Shown here one piece after another: positions 8,886 to 19,445 of a DNA stretch of 64,000 nt. The first letter of the stretch is position 1. Every line of letters starts with the position of its first letter. The DNA is taken from NCBI GenBank assembly GCA_965263355.1, contig CBDHHL010000056.1, forward strand, positions 2,080,001 through 2,144,000, written 5' to 3'. This DNA is from Leptolyngbyaceae cyanobacterium. Lineage in GTDB: Bacteria > Cyanobacteriota > Cyanobacteriia > Phormidesmidales > Phormidesmidaceae. Made by a program: the position numbers and the translations under genes. The notes beneath the pieces were generated by a model, which worked only from the letters and a program-made list of their open reading frames with translations, was not told where the DNA came from and searched no databases.

Positions 8886-10085
8886 GTGGGTGAGGGAAAG
8901 CAAAAAAGAAATCGCGTACGCGATCGCACCGACAGTAAGTACGGCCCAAAGCAGATGTCTTTTTCCAAGGCATCTGCTTTGGGCTTTGATGGGCCAGCCA
9001 ATTTAGCATCCGTCGCCCCTGCCCTACGTAAAGCATTGCTGAGGTGGTACGGCGAGCAGGGCCGCGATTTACCCTGGCGACGCAGTCGAGATCCCTATGC
9101 TATTTGGATTTCGGAGATCATGCTGCAGCAAACCCAGGTAAAAACGGTGTTGCCTTACTATCAGCGGTGGTTAGCAACGTTTCCAACTGTGGAGGACCTG
9201 GCCAACGCTGAGCAGCAGACTGTGCTAAAAGCCTGGGAAGGATTGGGCTATTATGCTCGGGCACGCAACTTGCATAAAGCCGCCCAACTAATTGTGGAAC
9301 AGCATGGCGGGGTGTTTCCAGAAAACGTTGAAGATGCGATCGCACTACCTGGCATCGGTCGTACCACTGCTGGCGGTATCCTCAGTGCCGCCTATAACCT
9401 GCCAGTGGCAATTCTCGATGGTAATGTAAAACGGGTGCTGGCCCGTCTAGTCGCCTTACCTCGACCACCGGCTAAGGCCATCAACGAGCTGTGGCAGCTG
9501 TCCGAACAAATTTTAGCTCCCCAGCAGCCCCGTGACTTCAACCAGGCCATCATGGATTTAGGAGCTACCCTATGCACCCGGCACCGGCCCTCTTGTCTGC
9601 TCTGTCCCTGGCAAACTCATTGTGCTGCCTACCATCAAAACCTACAGACCGAATTACCCATGTCCGAATCCCGTGCTCCATTACCCCATAAACAAATCGG
9701 CGTCGCCGTTATCTATGACGATGAGGGACATATTCTCATTGACCGCCGTAAGCAAGAAGGTCTGCTGGGTGGTCTTTGGGAATTTCCAGGGGGTAAAATC
9801 GAGCCTAACGAAACCGTTGAAGATTGTATTAAACGAGAGATTAAAGAGGAACTTGATATCGAAATCGCAGTCAATGAGCGACTGATTACGGTTAACCACG
9901 CCTACAGTCACTTTAAGGTCACTCTCAATGTATTTAACTGTACCCATGTGAGTGGTGTACCCCAGACCATCGAATGTGATGAAGTCAAATGGGTGACGCT
10001 AGATGAAATCGATAGCTATCCGTTTCCTAAAGCCAACGGTCAAATTATTGAGGCCATTAAGAAAAGAGCAGGCCAGGCTGGCTAG
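8886..10085 (+). CDS. mutY: A/G-specific adenine glycosylase with C-terminal Nudix domain
   Basis: SEIMLQQTQV, LPGIGRTTA, DGNVKRV, 4Fe-4S C-x6-C-x2-C-x5-C, WEFPGGK...REIKEE. Confidence 0.95.
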   Translation: MGEGKQKRNRVRDRTDSKYGPKQMSFSKASALGFDGPANLASVAPALRKALLRWYGEQGRDLPWRRSRDPYAIWISEIMLQQTQVKTVLPYYQRWLATFPTVEDLANAEQQTVLKAWEGLGYYARARNLHKAAQLIVEQHGGVFPENVEDAIALPGIGRTTAGGILSAAYNLPVAILDGNVKRVLARLVALPRPPAKAINELWQLSEQILAPQQPRDFNQAIMDLGATLCTRHRPSCLLCPWQTHCAAYHQNLQTELPMSESRAPLPHKQIGVAVIYDDEGHILIDRRKQEGLLGGLWEFPGGKIEPNETVEDCIKREIKEELDIEIAVNERLITVNHAYSHFKVTLNVFNCTHVSGVPQTIECDEVKWVTLDEIDSYPFPKANGQIIEAIKKRAGQAG

Positions 10086-10319
10086 AAGGGACTTCGTTGT
10101 GTCTGGCGAGGGGCCTACCGAGGTAGGTTACAGAGGGACTTGCAGGATTGTAAACGTCACCCAAGATTAAGAACATTGTTCTCATGAGTCTTCTTGCATA
10201 ACCAAAGCTAACAATTTTTGTGGTGCTCAAATTTACTCTTGAATGGGGGCAAGGCACACCCCACAGACATATTCAAATCCAAGGAAAATCTTAAATGTCA
10301 CCACCAATCCTTATGGGGA

Positions 10320-10375
10320 GAAGAAAGAGCCCCAAAGATGCATCTCCAGGGCTCGGAATCAGGGTGCATCTACCA
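10320..10375 (-). ncRNA. NsiR1-like small RNA with upstream TCCGGA (DIF1-like) motif at 10405-10410
   Basis: Minus strand TGGTAGATGCACCCTGATT, then GAGCCCTGGAGA/TCTTTGGGGCTC hairpin and TTTCTT; NsiR1 similarity is from memory. Confidence 0.55.
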
Positions 10376-10497
10376 TTCAAACATGCTTGATTTATCGGGC
10401 TATATCCGGAGTTGAGCAATGACTTCACTAAGACTTCAAACAATATCCGATGTCATCCGAGTATTAATGAATTTTCCAGTTAACTTCAAAAAGCAGG

Positions 10498-12042
10498 TTG
10501 CATTATTTACTTAGAACTGCCATGGCTCTTAAACCCGTCCAGAATGCTGAACGCACTAACAACAGGACATTTCAAGGCAGAAAAATATTCTTCTGCACAT
10601 CTTTAAAGGGACTTTTAAGTATTGCCTGGGGATTGAACATTTGGCTATCAGGAGAGGCTGCCGCTGTTGCACAAGGGTATTGTCGAGCAGAGGTGGCTGA
10701 ACGGGTGGATGCGATCGCATCCCGCCCCGAGCTAATCCAAGCCCATTTGGGCCTACTCTTAGAGACCCAAGCTGCCAAGGCAACTGAGCGTCAGACTATT
10801 CTGGAACGAAATGCTAATCAATGGTTTGTTCCTGCATCTACCCTTAAACTTTTAACGACCGCTGCCGCCCTCCAGGAATTGGGACCAGATTTTCAAATTC
10901 CAACATCGGTATATCTTTATAGAGAAAACGACCAGACCAATCTCTATGTCATCGGACGAGGCGACCCCACATTTAGCGATGAACAACTCAGCGACCTGGC
11001 TCAACAGATCGCTCAACAGGGCATTCAACAGATAGATCAGCTATGGGGCTACGACAGTTATTTTCCGGGGCGCACCGTGCACCCCAACTGGGAATGGGAA
11101 GATGTGCTGGCAGGCTATGGAGCCTCAGCCAATGGTCTTATAATCAATGAAAACGCCATTGGGGTAACCCTATACCCAACTGAAATAGGCCAACCTCTGC
11201 GGGTAGAGTGGCAAGATTCAGCCCAAGCCCACTGGCAAATCAACAATACCTCTCGCACGGTTGCGGCTGGAGAACCCATCACTGCCGACGTTGGCCGTGA
11301 CTGGAGTCAACCTATTCTCCATGTCTTTGGCAACCTGACTGTTGATGCTGGCCCTGACCCATTTGCCCTGGCCATTACACAACCTGGTAATTATTTTATA
11401 GAACAGTTTGCAGCGCGCTTAACCCAGGCTGGTATCACCGTCAATCAAACAGACTTAACAACTAGTTGGCCAAGGCTAGAACTCTCTGAAATTGCAACTA
11501 TCAAATCGCCACCACTCTCTGCATGGTTAGCCAAGATTAATCATGACAGCAATAATCTATATGCCGAAGTCTTACTAAAATCTCTGGGCCTTACAACAGG
11601 TAATCCAGATGATGCTACCCAGGCAGGAACAAAATCAGTGCAATCGATTTTAAGTGGGTTAGGGGTGGATGCTAATGGCTATCAAATGGTAGATGGATCA
11701 GGGCTATCGCGTCATAATCTAGTTACCCCACATACCTTAGTCGATACTCTACAAGCCATGGCCTACAATCCCCACAGTGACCTTTATCGTCGTTCTCTGG
11801 CAACAGCAGCAGAAGGGAGCGGTTTAAATTATCGTTATCGTAATGCCCCAAGCGCAATACAAATACAGGCTAAAACTGGCTTTGTTAGCAACAACGAGTC
11901 TTTAGCAGGTTATCTACAACCTACTGATCATCCCCCCTTAGTGTTTAGTATCTTTTTAAACAACGCAAACCTCTCTGCCACGGACATGCGCCAGATTATT
12001 GATGAAATTATTTTAACAATTGCTCAATTGTCAGATTGTTAA
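10498..12042 (+). CDS. dacB: D-alanyl-D-alanine carboxypeptidase/endopeptidase (peptidase S13)
   Basis: PASTLK (SxxK), SNN, DGSGLSR, KTG; start uncertain. Confidence 0.92.
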   Translation: MHYLLRTAMALKPVQNAERTNNRTFQGRKIFFCTSLKGLLSIAWGLNIWLSGEAAAVAQGYCRAEVAERVDAIASRPELIQAHLGLLLETQAAKATERQTILERNANQWFVPASTLKLLTTAAALQELGPDFQIPTSVYLYRENDQTNLYVIGRGDPTFSDEQLSDLAQQIAQQGIQQIDQLWGYDSYFPGRTVHPNWEWEDVLAGYGASANGLIINENAIGVTLYPTEIGQPLRVEWQDSAQAHWQINNTSRTVAAGEPITADVGRDWSQPILHVFGNLTVDAGPDPFALAITQPGNYFIEQFAARLTQAGITVNQTDLTTSWPRLELSEIATIKSPPLSAWLAKINHDSNNLYAEVLLKSLGLTTGNPDDATQAGTKSVQSILSGLGVDANGYQMVDGSGLSRHNLVTPHTLVDTLQAMAYNPHSDLYRRSLATAAEGSGLNYRYRNAPSAIQIQAKTGFVSNNESLAGYLQPTDHPPLVFSIFLNNANLSATDMRQIIDEIILTIAQLSDC

Positions 12043-12118
12043 TGTCGCCATATGGAGACTATTTTTCTAGGATGGCTTACTCGTTATTCATTGGGATAAT
12101 ATCTACTCGCCGGCCTCT

Positions 12119-12343
12119 TCAATCTTGTAAAAAGCCCTCAAAACGCTCTAGAGAAAATTGCTCTTTGGCAACTGCTTTACCGAGTTCTTCTAAAAAGGGG
12201 ATAGCATCAACACAATCCATTTGGCTAAGCTCATCCACCATATCTTTAAGAGACTTCTCCCCTAAATGAACACTATTGGCAAGCCCAAAACCTTTAAATC
12301 TACCTACACTAAAAGAGGTAGTTAATCGGAAATAAGTTAACAT
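12119..12343 (-). CDS. Hypothetical protein
   Basis: 74-aa ORF in otherwise unoccupied DNA with GAGGA upstream; no motif recognised. Confidence 0.4.
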   Translation of the reverse strand: MLTYFRLTTSFSVGRFKGFGLANSVHLGEKSLKDMVDELSQMDCVDAIPFLEELGKAVAKEQFSLERFEGFLQD

Positions 12344-12671
12344 TTTGTCGCTATATTCCTCTTAACTGCCATTTTTTCCTCCTAGAGCCTAATTTATTAA
12401 TCTAACTACAGTATCATTCACCATTTACGCCATTAAGACGCTTTCAGCTTCTTAAACTCTTGTGTACTATGCTTTCAGCAATGAACCAGGCATCATCAAG
12501 TCTATAAGCGCAATCGCTTATGTATTATCGTTTTGGCCTGCGCCTCATTTACGGCGACTAAAATCCCAGTACTACTAAATTTATACAACTATACTACTAC
12601 AATTACAACCGCTACTCCATCGAGAATACGGGCACGGAAGTTATTAAATCCTCATTCCTTAACGTGACGCC

Positions 12672-13025
12672 CTAAGGCGCTGCAGGAGATTCTGGCGGGG
12701 CATCGAGTTTTGCTTCTAATGTTGAAACACGCTCTTGTAGTTCGATAATCAATATGGCTAGATGGTCGAACTGTTGATCAAAGGATGGTGCATCAGGAGC
12801 AGGGGGCTGACTATTGGTAATGGGTTGACGGCTACCTGCTCTTGGTAGTTGGGACTGGAGTCGGGTTACTTGGGCTTGGAGAGATCGCACCTGCGACTCT
12901 AACCGATTAATCCGTGGGTCTACCAGGGAAAGCGACGCCTCAGCTGACCGCAGCCACAGACTTAGCAGCAGTACAACGGCCAAACAAAACCACAGAAAAG
13001 GCTTGAATCGGGATTGCATAGTCAA
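12672..13025 (-). CDS. Hypothetical secreted coiled-coil protein
   Basis: Signal-like N-terminus; RINRLESQV and FDHLAILIIELQER coiled segments. Confidence 0.7.
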   Translation of the reverse strand: MTMQSRFKPFLWFCLAVVLLLSLWLRSAEASLSLVDPRINRLESQVRSLQAQVTRLQSQLPRAGSRQPITNSQPPAPDAPSFDQQFDHLAILIIELQERVSTLEAKLDAPPESPAAP

Positions 13026-13275
13026 GGATTATGCCAGATCGTATTGGAGAACCATGGTCATGCAGAATGACAAGTATGCCAATGCTAACGCAATCGACAG
13101 CTTGGCCTAACCGGTTCCAACATCTACCCTTTGACATCGGTAGGGGCATTGCATGCAATCCTCGTAAACATTCCCTATTGCCCGTTACCCCTTGTATCCC
13201 AAAATGTAGCCAACGAGGAATAATAGAACCTATCAGGCACCATCCTGACTGAGAGCCTTTATTTGGTCTGTCCCC

Positions 13276-13770
13276 ATGAGATACCTTGTCGCTGCTTTTT
13301 GCGATCGCACCCAAGCCGAAGAAGCCTATACCCGGCTAGAAGCCAATAACTTTCCCACAAACGATATCGCTATTCTCGGCAAAGGGTACAAAACCACCGA
13401 CGAGTTTGGCCTGCAAACCCCCAGAGAAGCCGCCTGGAGCCAATTCAAACGAATGGCTATCTGGCTTGCCCCCTTTGGCTTTGCAGGCGGATTTATCTTT
13501 GACACCATCACCGGGCTCAATACCTTCACATGGACCGGTAGACTCGGCAATCAGCTACTTGGTGGTGTTTTAGGCGCAGGGTCTGGCATTATGGGCAGTT
13601 TCTTTATTGGTGGCGGTCCTGCATTACTGTTTAACAACAATGAGACACCCTATCGAGATCGCATCGCCGCCGGAGAATATCTAATCGTCGTCAACGGTGG
13701 TGAAAGCATCATCACCCAGGCTGCCCGCATTCTCCAGGCGCTCAATCCAGACACCATCGAAGCCCGATAA
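13276..13770 (+). CDS. Conserved cyanobacterial membrane protein
   Basis: AEEAYTRLE, ILGKGYKT, Gly-rich hydrophobic segments. Confidence 0.75.
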   Translation: MRYLVAAFCDRTQAEEAYTRLEANNFPTNDIAILGKGYKTTDEFGLQTPREAAWSQFKRMAIWLAPFGFAGGFIFDTITGLNTFTWTGRLGNQLLGGVLGAGSGIMGSFFIGGGPALLFNNNETPYRDRIAAGEYLIVVNGGESIITQAARILQALNPDTIEAR

Positions 13771-13928
13771 TCCGGTTATGACTAGAGAATTCGGAGTTCG
13801 GAATTCGGAAAATACTCGCTGCACGCCAGTCCCGAAAAATCACAGTAAACTATAGTTCTAAGTTGGAATGATTCTGGAAAGTTAGTTTTTCTGAAAGTTC
13901 TGTCACCTTATATTTCCCAAAGCAAATT

Positions 13929-16031
13929 ATGACTTCTACGGCAACTACCAGTGCTCCCGCAACAGTAACCAATCCTTTTTTAATTGGTCATGGTCTACCC
14001 CCCTTTGATCAGTTTCAGCCCGATCAAGTAGAACCCGCCGTTACCCAGCTGATTCGAGACCTCACTACGGCCCTAGAGGCATTGGAACAAACCATGAATC
14101 CCACCTGGGCAGGTCTGGCAGAACCTCTCACTAAAATTAGCGAACGGTTGGGTTGGACATGGGGAGTCTTAGGCCACCTAATGGGGGTGCAAAATAGCCC
14201 AGAGCTACGCGCTGCCTATGAAGCTGTACAGCCTACATTGGTGCAGTTTGCCACCCGTTTAAGCCAGAGCAAAGCCTTTTACAATGGATTCAAAACCCTG
14301 GCAGCAGACCCTGGCCTTAGCCCTGCTCAAAAACGCATTGTCGACGCTGCTATCCGAGATTCTGAGCTATCCGGCGTTGGTCTGGAAGGGGAAACCAAGG
14401 CAAAATTTAACCAGATTCAGCAACAGCTGGCTGAACTCAGCACCCAGTTTTCTAACCATGTGCTGGATGCCACAAAGGCCTTTAGCCTCACCCTAACCAC
14501 CCAGGATGACATTGCTGGCTTACCCCCTAGCTTGTTGAGTTTGGCGGCTCAAGCTGCCCGCGATGCAGGCGAAGAAACTGCCACTGCAGAAGCTGGTCCC
14601 TGGCGGATTACCCTGGACAGTCCTAGCTACGGTCCATTTCTAAAGCACAGCCGTCGTCGGGATCTACGGGAAATGCTCTACCGGGCTTACATTAGTCGTG
14701 CGTCCTCCGGTGATTTGGATAATTCACCCTTAATCGATAAAACCTTAGCCCTGAGAAAACAACAGGCTAATCTACTCGGCTTTGATACCTATGCCGATCT
14801 GAGTATTGCTAGAAAAATGGCCTCCTCGGTCAATGCGGTCGAAGCATTAATGGAAGAACTACGCAGCGCTAGCTATGATGCTGCCACTAAAGAATTATCA
14901 GACCTGCGGATATTTGCTAAAGGGCAAAATGCGCCTGAGGCGGATGACTTGAAACAGTGGGATATTCCTTTCTGGGCAGAGCGCATGCGGGAAATAGAGT
15001 TTGACCTCAATGATGAAGAGCTGCGGCCTTATTTTCCGTTACCCCAGGTACTCAACGGGTTGTTTGAGTTAGCCCATCGACTCTTTGGGGTAACTATTAC
15101 CGCTGCCGATGGTCAGGCCCCGATCTGGCATCCAGATGTGCGTTATTTTGCGATCGCTGACACTGATCACAATCCGGTGGCGTACTTTTACCTGGATCCC
15201 TACAGTCGACCGGCTGAAAAACGGGGCGGTGCCTGGATGGATGAATGTATCGTCCGCGCCCATACGGAACCGAGCCATCCTGTACGACTACCGATCGCGT
15301 ATCTAGTGTGTAACCAGTCACCTCCGATAGATGGAAAACCCAGCCTGATGACCTTCCGGGAGGTGGAAACCCTATTCCATGAGTTTGGCCACGGGTTGCA
15401 ACATATGCTGACCCAGGTAGATTATCCAGAGGCTGCCGGTATTAATAATGTGGAGTGGGACGCCGTCGAACTCCCCAGCCAGTTTATGGAAAACTGGTGC
15501 TATGACCGCAGTACTCTGTTCAAAATGGCGCGCCATTTTGAAACGGGAGAACCCCTGCCAGAAGCAGATTATCAAAAGCTTCTGGATGCCCGTAACTTTA
15601 TGACCGGCAGTGCCATTTTGCGTCAGGTTAACTTTGGTTGGCTCGATATCGAACTGCATTCTCGACACCAGCCCGATGGTCCTGAAACTATTTGGGATGT
15701 GCGGGATCGTCTGGCCCAAAAGACAACTGTCTTAGAACCGCTAGCGGAAGATGCCTTTCTATGCAGCTTTGGTCATATCTTTGCCGGTGGCTATGCCGCA
15801 GGCTATTACAGCTACTTCTGGGCAGAAGTCCTCAGTGCCGATGCCTTTGCTGCCTTTGAAGAGGTAGGCATTGAGAATGAAGCCGCTGTACAGGAAACTG
15901 GTAAACGGTTTCGCGATACGGTGCTGGCCCTCGGGGGTAGCCGTCATCCAATGGATGTATTCCAGGCATTTCGCGGACGTGAACCTAGCACTGATGCACT
16001 TTTGAGACATCGAGGATTGAAAGCAGCGTAA
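13929..16031 (+). CDS. prlC: Oligopeptidase A (M3 family)
   Basis: HEFGHGLQH zinc motif, WDAVELPSQFMENW, GYAAGYYSY. Confidence 0.95.
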   Translation: MTSTATTSAPATVTNPFLIGHGLPPFDQFQPDQVEPAVTQLIRDLTTALEALEQTMNPTWAGLAEPLTKISERLGWTWGVLGHLMGVQNSPELRAAYEAVQPTLVQFATRLSQSKAFYNGFKTLAADPGLSPAQKRIVDAAIRDSELSGVGLEGETKAKFNQIQQQLAELSTQFSNHVLDATKAFSLTLTTQDDIAGLPPSLLSLAAQAARDAGEETATAEAGPWRITLDSPSYGPFLKHSRRRDLREMLYRAYISRASSGDLDNSPLIDKTLALRKQQANLLGFDTYADLSIARKMASSVNAVEALMEELRSASYDAATKELSDLRIFAKGQNAPEADDLKQWDIPFWAERMREIEFDLNDEELRPYFPLPQVLNGLFELAHRLFGVTITAADGQAPIWHPDVRYFAIADTDHNPVAYFYLDPYSRPAEKRGGAWMDECIVRAHTEPSHPVRLPIAYLVCNQSPPIDGKPSLMTFREVETLFHEFGHGLQHMLTQVDYPEAAGINNVEWDAVELPSQFMENWCYDRSTLFKMARHFETGEPLPEADYQKLLDARNFMTGSAILRQVNFGWLDIELHSRHQPDGPETIWDVRDRLAQKTTVLEPLAEDAFLCSFGHIFAGGYAAGYYSYFWAEVLSADAFAAFEEVGIENEAAVQETGKRFRDTVLALGGSRHPMDVFQAFRGREPSTDALLRHRGLKAA

Positions 16032-16124
16032 TCGGTTAGGAAGGTATGCCCATTTTTCCAGCAGAAATTTGTCAGATTTTCTTCATTCAGTGTCCGTTCC
16101 ACCACTAGACTATAGGCAACTGGA

Positions 16125-17540
16125 TTGGGCATACCTTCCTTGACGGATACTGAACAGGCTACAAGCACTGCATCATTCTCGCGCAGGGAACTGCGTGAAC
16201 TGGTGCGATCGCAACTCCAGGCTCTACTAGAACAGGACAATTACCAGGGAGCAAAAGCTCTCCTCGTGCCTGTCCAGCCTGCGGACATCGCTGAAGCTAT
16301 TGAAGGGCTGCCTGACGCCATGCAGGCCCTTGCTTTTAGACTCCTATCAAAAGCCGAAGCCATTGAGGTCTACGAAAATTTAGACTCCAGCATTCAACAA
16401 ACCCTGGTTGAAGACTTTAAGCGCCAGGATGTCATCGACATTGTGGACAAAATGTCCCCCGATGACCGGGCCAGACTTTTTGACGAACTCCCCGCCAAGG
16501 TCGTACGACAATTGCTGCAACAGCTCAGTGCTCAAGAACGCGAAGCCACAGCTTTGTTATTAGGCTACGAAGCCGGTACCGCTGGGCGGGCCATGACCCC
16601 CGAATATATTGCACTGAAGGAAAACTGGACGGTAGAGCGGGCCCTCAACCACATTCGCAAACTGGCCAGCGCCAGTGAAACAGTTTATTACCTATATGTG
16701 ACGGACAGAGCCCGTCGTCTAACAGGGATCTTATCGCTACGGATTTTGGTCACGGGGCAGCCAGACCAAACCATTGGAGAACTGATGACCCGTGAAGTGG
16801 TTTCAGTGCAAACGGGGGATGACCAAGAAGATGTCGCCCGGTTGATTCAGCGTTATGACTTTTTGGCCGTTCCCGTTGTTGACACAGAGGAGCGACTAGT
16901 CGGCATCATCACCGTCGATGACGTGATCGATATCCTCGAAGAAGAAGCCACCAAAGATATTTATGCCCTGGGCGGTGTGCAATCCGGTGGCGATAACTAT
17001 TTTCAAACCAACTTACTGACCGTCGCCCGTAAGCGCGTAGTATGGCTCTCAGTGTTGCTGGTGGCCAATACATTCACAACGGCTGTCATTAACAGTCAAG
17101 CGGATCTCATTCAGCAATTTGCCGTCTTAGCCTCATTTATTCCATTGCTTATCGGTACCGGTGGCAACGTCGGTGCCCAATCTTCAACCGTAGTTATTCG
17201 CGGATTAAATACGGATGACTTAAAGCTGCGCGAAGCGTTTCGAGTTATTCGTAGAGAAGCCATTGCCGGGGCCTTTTTAGGCCTCATGTTGGGTCTAGTA
17301 GTGACAGGAGTTTCCTATGTAGTTCCTGCCATTGATGTCGGTGTGGCCCTCACTGTTGGCTGTAGCCTGCTCGCGATCTCGATCTTAGCGTCCAGTGCTG
17401 GAGCTGCCCTACCGATCCTTTTCCAGAGTTTAGGATTTGATCCTGCCCTGATGTCAGCTCCCTTTATCACTACCGTTGTGGATGTCGTCGGCGTATTCGT
17501 TTACCTAACCCTGGCACGACAGGTACTCCAGCTCTCTTAA
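16125..17540 (+). CDS. mgtE: Magnesium transporter
   Basis: CBS pair, GGNVGAQSS, DPALMSAPFITT. Confidence 0.95.
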   Translation: MGIPSLTDTEQATSTASFSRRELRELVRSQLQALLEQDNYQGAKALLVPVQPADIAEAIEGLPDAMQALAFRLLSKAEAIEVYENLDSSIQQTLVEDFKRQDVIDIVDKMSPDDRARLFDELPAKVVRQLLQQLSAQEREATALLLGYEAGTAGRAMTPEYIALKENWTVERALNHIRKLASASETVYYLYVTDRARRLTGILSLRILVTGQPDQTIGELMTREVVSVQTGDDQEDVARLIQRYDFLAVPVVDTEERLVGIITVDDVIDILEEEATKDIYALGGVQSGGDNYFQTNLLTVARKRVVWLSVLLVANTFTTAVINSQADLIQQFAVLASFIPLLIGTGGNVGAQSSTVVIRGLNTDDLKLREAFRVIRREAIAGAFLGLMLGLVVTGVSYVVPAIDVGVALTVGCSLLAISILASSAGAALPILFQSLGFDPALMSAPFITTVVDVVGVFVYLTLARQVLQLS

Positions 17541-17748
17541 TCCTGAGGCTGCTATATTGTTATTCATCGATTTCAGGAATGCATCTAAGCTGATCATCGG
17601 AGTGATCCCAGCATTTGCCATAAATAAATTAAGATAGACATGGTGATCTGCTGTATAGCACAACTTCACTGTTCTCTGAAACAGGCACTATCCAACAAAC
17701 TTCTTTCACTGTAACCAACTGCTACGACCATAACTGAGACGTCAGCCC

Positions 17749-18528
17749 GTGCTAAAAAACTTCCAGCAAGGTTTGAAGAACGACCTAATCGCAGGTCTTC
17801 TGGTTGTTATTCCTCTCGCCACAACAATTTGGCTAACCATCACCGTAGCCAGCTGGGTAATTCGCGCGCTGACTAAGTTTCCTAAACAACTCAGCCCATT
17901 TACCGATCTGCATCCTGCCCTGGTTGCATTATTCAACCTTGGCGTTGGTTTTGCCGTACCGCTGCTGGCAATTTTGCTGATTGGTTTAATGGCCCGTAAT
18001 ATCGCTGGACGTTGGCTACTAGACTTAGGTGAGCGCATTCTCCAATCGATTCCCCTGGCAGGCTCTGTTTATAAAACCCTCAAACAGCTGCTAGAAACTA
18101 TTCTGCAAGATACCAAGAGTAAGTTCAGGCGGGTTGTCCTGGTGGAATATCCTCGTCGTGGTGTGTGGGCGATCGCATTTGTCACCAGTTCAGCCACCTC
18201 TATGAACCCTGATTCAAGCATGCTGAGCGTGTTTGTCCCCACCACCCCTAACCCCACCAGCGGCTGGTACGCCGTGGTTCCAGAAACTGACGTAGTCAAT
18301 CTCAAAATCTCGATCGAAGAAGCCTTCAAAGTACTCCTATCAGGCGGCATTGTCGGCCCCAATCTAGCTGAAGCCTTGATAGAAAAGGAGCCAGACAGAC
18401 CACAACTTCATGCTGGTCATGGAGAAGCGTTACCAACAGACTTAGCTCCATGCCAACCGGCTACCGCCGAAACCACTGAGGCTCCAGAAACCAGGGTTGA
18501 ACTCGTCAATATTGATCAACCAGGATAA
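17749..18528 (+). CDS. DUF502 domain protein
   Basis: VEYPRRG, FVPTTPNPTSG. Confidence 0.9.
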   Translation: MLKNFQQGLKNDLIAGLLVVIPLATTIWLTITVASWVIRALTKFPKQLSPFTDLHPALVALFNLGVGFAVPLLAILLIGLMARNIAGRWLLDLGERILQSIPLAGSVYKTLKQLLETILQDTKSKFRRVVLVEYPRRGVWAIAFVTSSATSMNPDSSMLSVFVPTTPNPTSGWYAVVPETDVVNLKISIEEAFKVLLSGGIVGPNLAEALIEKEPDRPQLHAGHGEALPTDLAPCQPATAETTEAPETRVELVNIDQPG

Positions 18529-18636
18529 ATTTTGTCTCTAGTTAACTGGTAGCAACCAACTGGTATCACCATCGTAAGCAGTACTCACACCCTGGCTGAT
18601 AAGATAGCTGAGCTAGACCACCCACTCTCAATTACC

Positions 18637-19344
18637 ATGCAATCCCGCCGCATTGCTCGTGAGCTTGCACTTCTCGGCATGAGTCAGCTGACTGACGCGC
18701 CTAAGCGTAGTAAGCAAAATTCTGTGATCTCAGTAGAGACACTGCTAACTGAAGCTATTCGCACCCTCTCCACTGAGGTCAAAGAGACATTAGAAGCAGC
18801 ATCCGCAGAACTTGTACGAGGTAATCGTCAGTTGCTCGACAGTGAGACCCGCTCCGGCGATCTTCGCAGTGCTCAAGACACGGTAAAAAGTGCCATTGAG
18901 CAAGTACAAACAGCGATTAATCGGCTGGGTGCTGCTACAGAACTACCAGAATTTGTTCAGCTAGCGGGACACAAAGACATCCAGGACTATGCCCAAAAGA
19001 TTATCACCCAGCTGATTCAACATCGGGATGACATTGACCACCAGTTAGACAGCGCCATGGTGGGCTGGAACCTGAAGCGTTTGGCCCGTGTAGATCGAGA
19101 TATTCTCAGAATTGCGCTAACTGAGATTTTGTATCTGGCCGTAGATAAACGTATCGCCATTGATGAAGCCATCGAAATCGCAAAGCGATACAGTGATGAA
19201 GACGGCTATCGGTTTATTAACGGCGTCATGCGTCGAGTCACCGATCAGCTAGAAAAACAGAAACTAGCGGCCAGGTCAGCGCCATTAAACTTGTCACAGA
19301 TAGCATCGGATAATCGCTCTGACAGTGCACCTAACGAACCTTAA
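18637..19344 (+). CDS. nusB: Transcription antitermination factor
   Basis: RRIARELAL, DRDILR, AIDEAIEIAKRY, FINGV. Confidence 0.93.
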   Translation: MQSRRIARELALLGMSQLTDAPKRSKQNSVISVETLLTEAIRTLSTEVKETLEAASAELVRGNRQLLDSETRSGDLRSAQDTVKSAIEQVQTAINRLGAATELPEFVQLAGHKDIQDYAQKIITQLIQHRDDIDHQLDSAMVGWNLKRLARVDRDILRIALTEILYLAVDKRIAIDEAIEIAKRYSDEDGYRFINGVMRRVTDQLEKQKLAARSAPLNLSQIASDNRSDSAPNEP

Positions 19345-19445
19345 TGCACTGCCAATATTTATTTGGTAATGAGCTTACAGTAAGCTTTTTATTCCTTTGG
19401 TGGGCGTACCCATCTCCCCATTGACCATTGACTGTTTTTTGCCCT

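Noticed and set aside
8886..10085. MutY-Nudix fusion as a novelty
   Set aside because: Common architecture for MutY in cyanobacteria
13787..13810. GAATTCG-type heptamer repeats
   Set aside because: Ordinary cyanobacterial short tandem repeat
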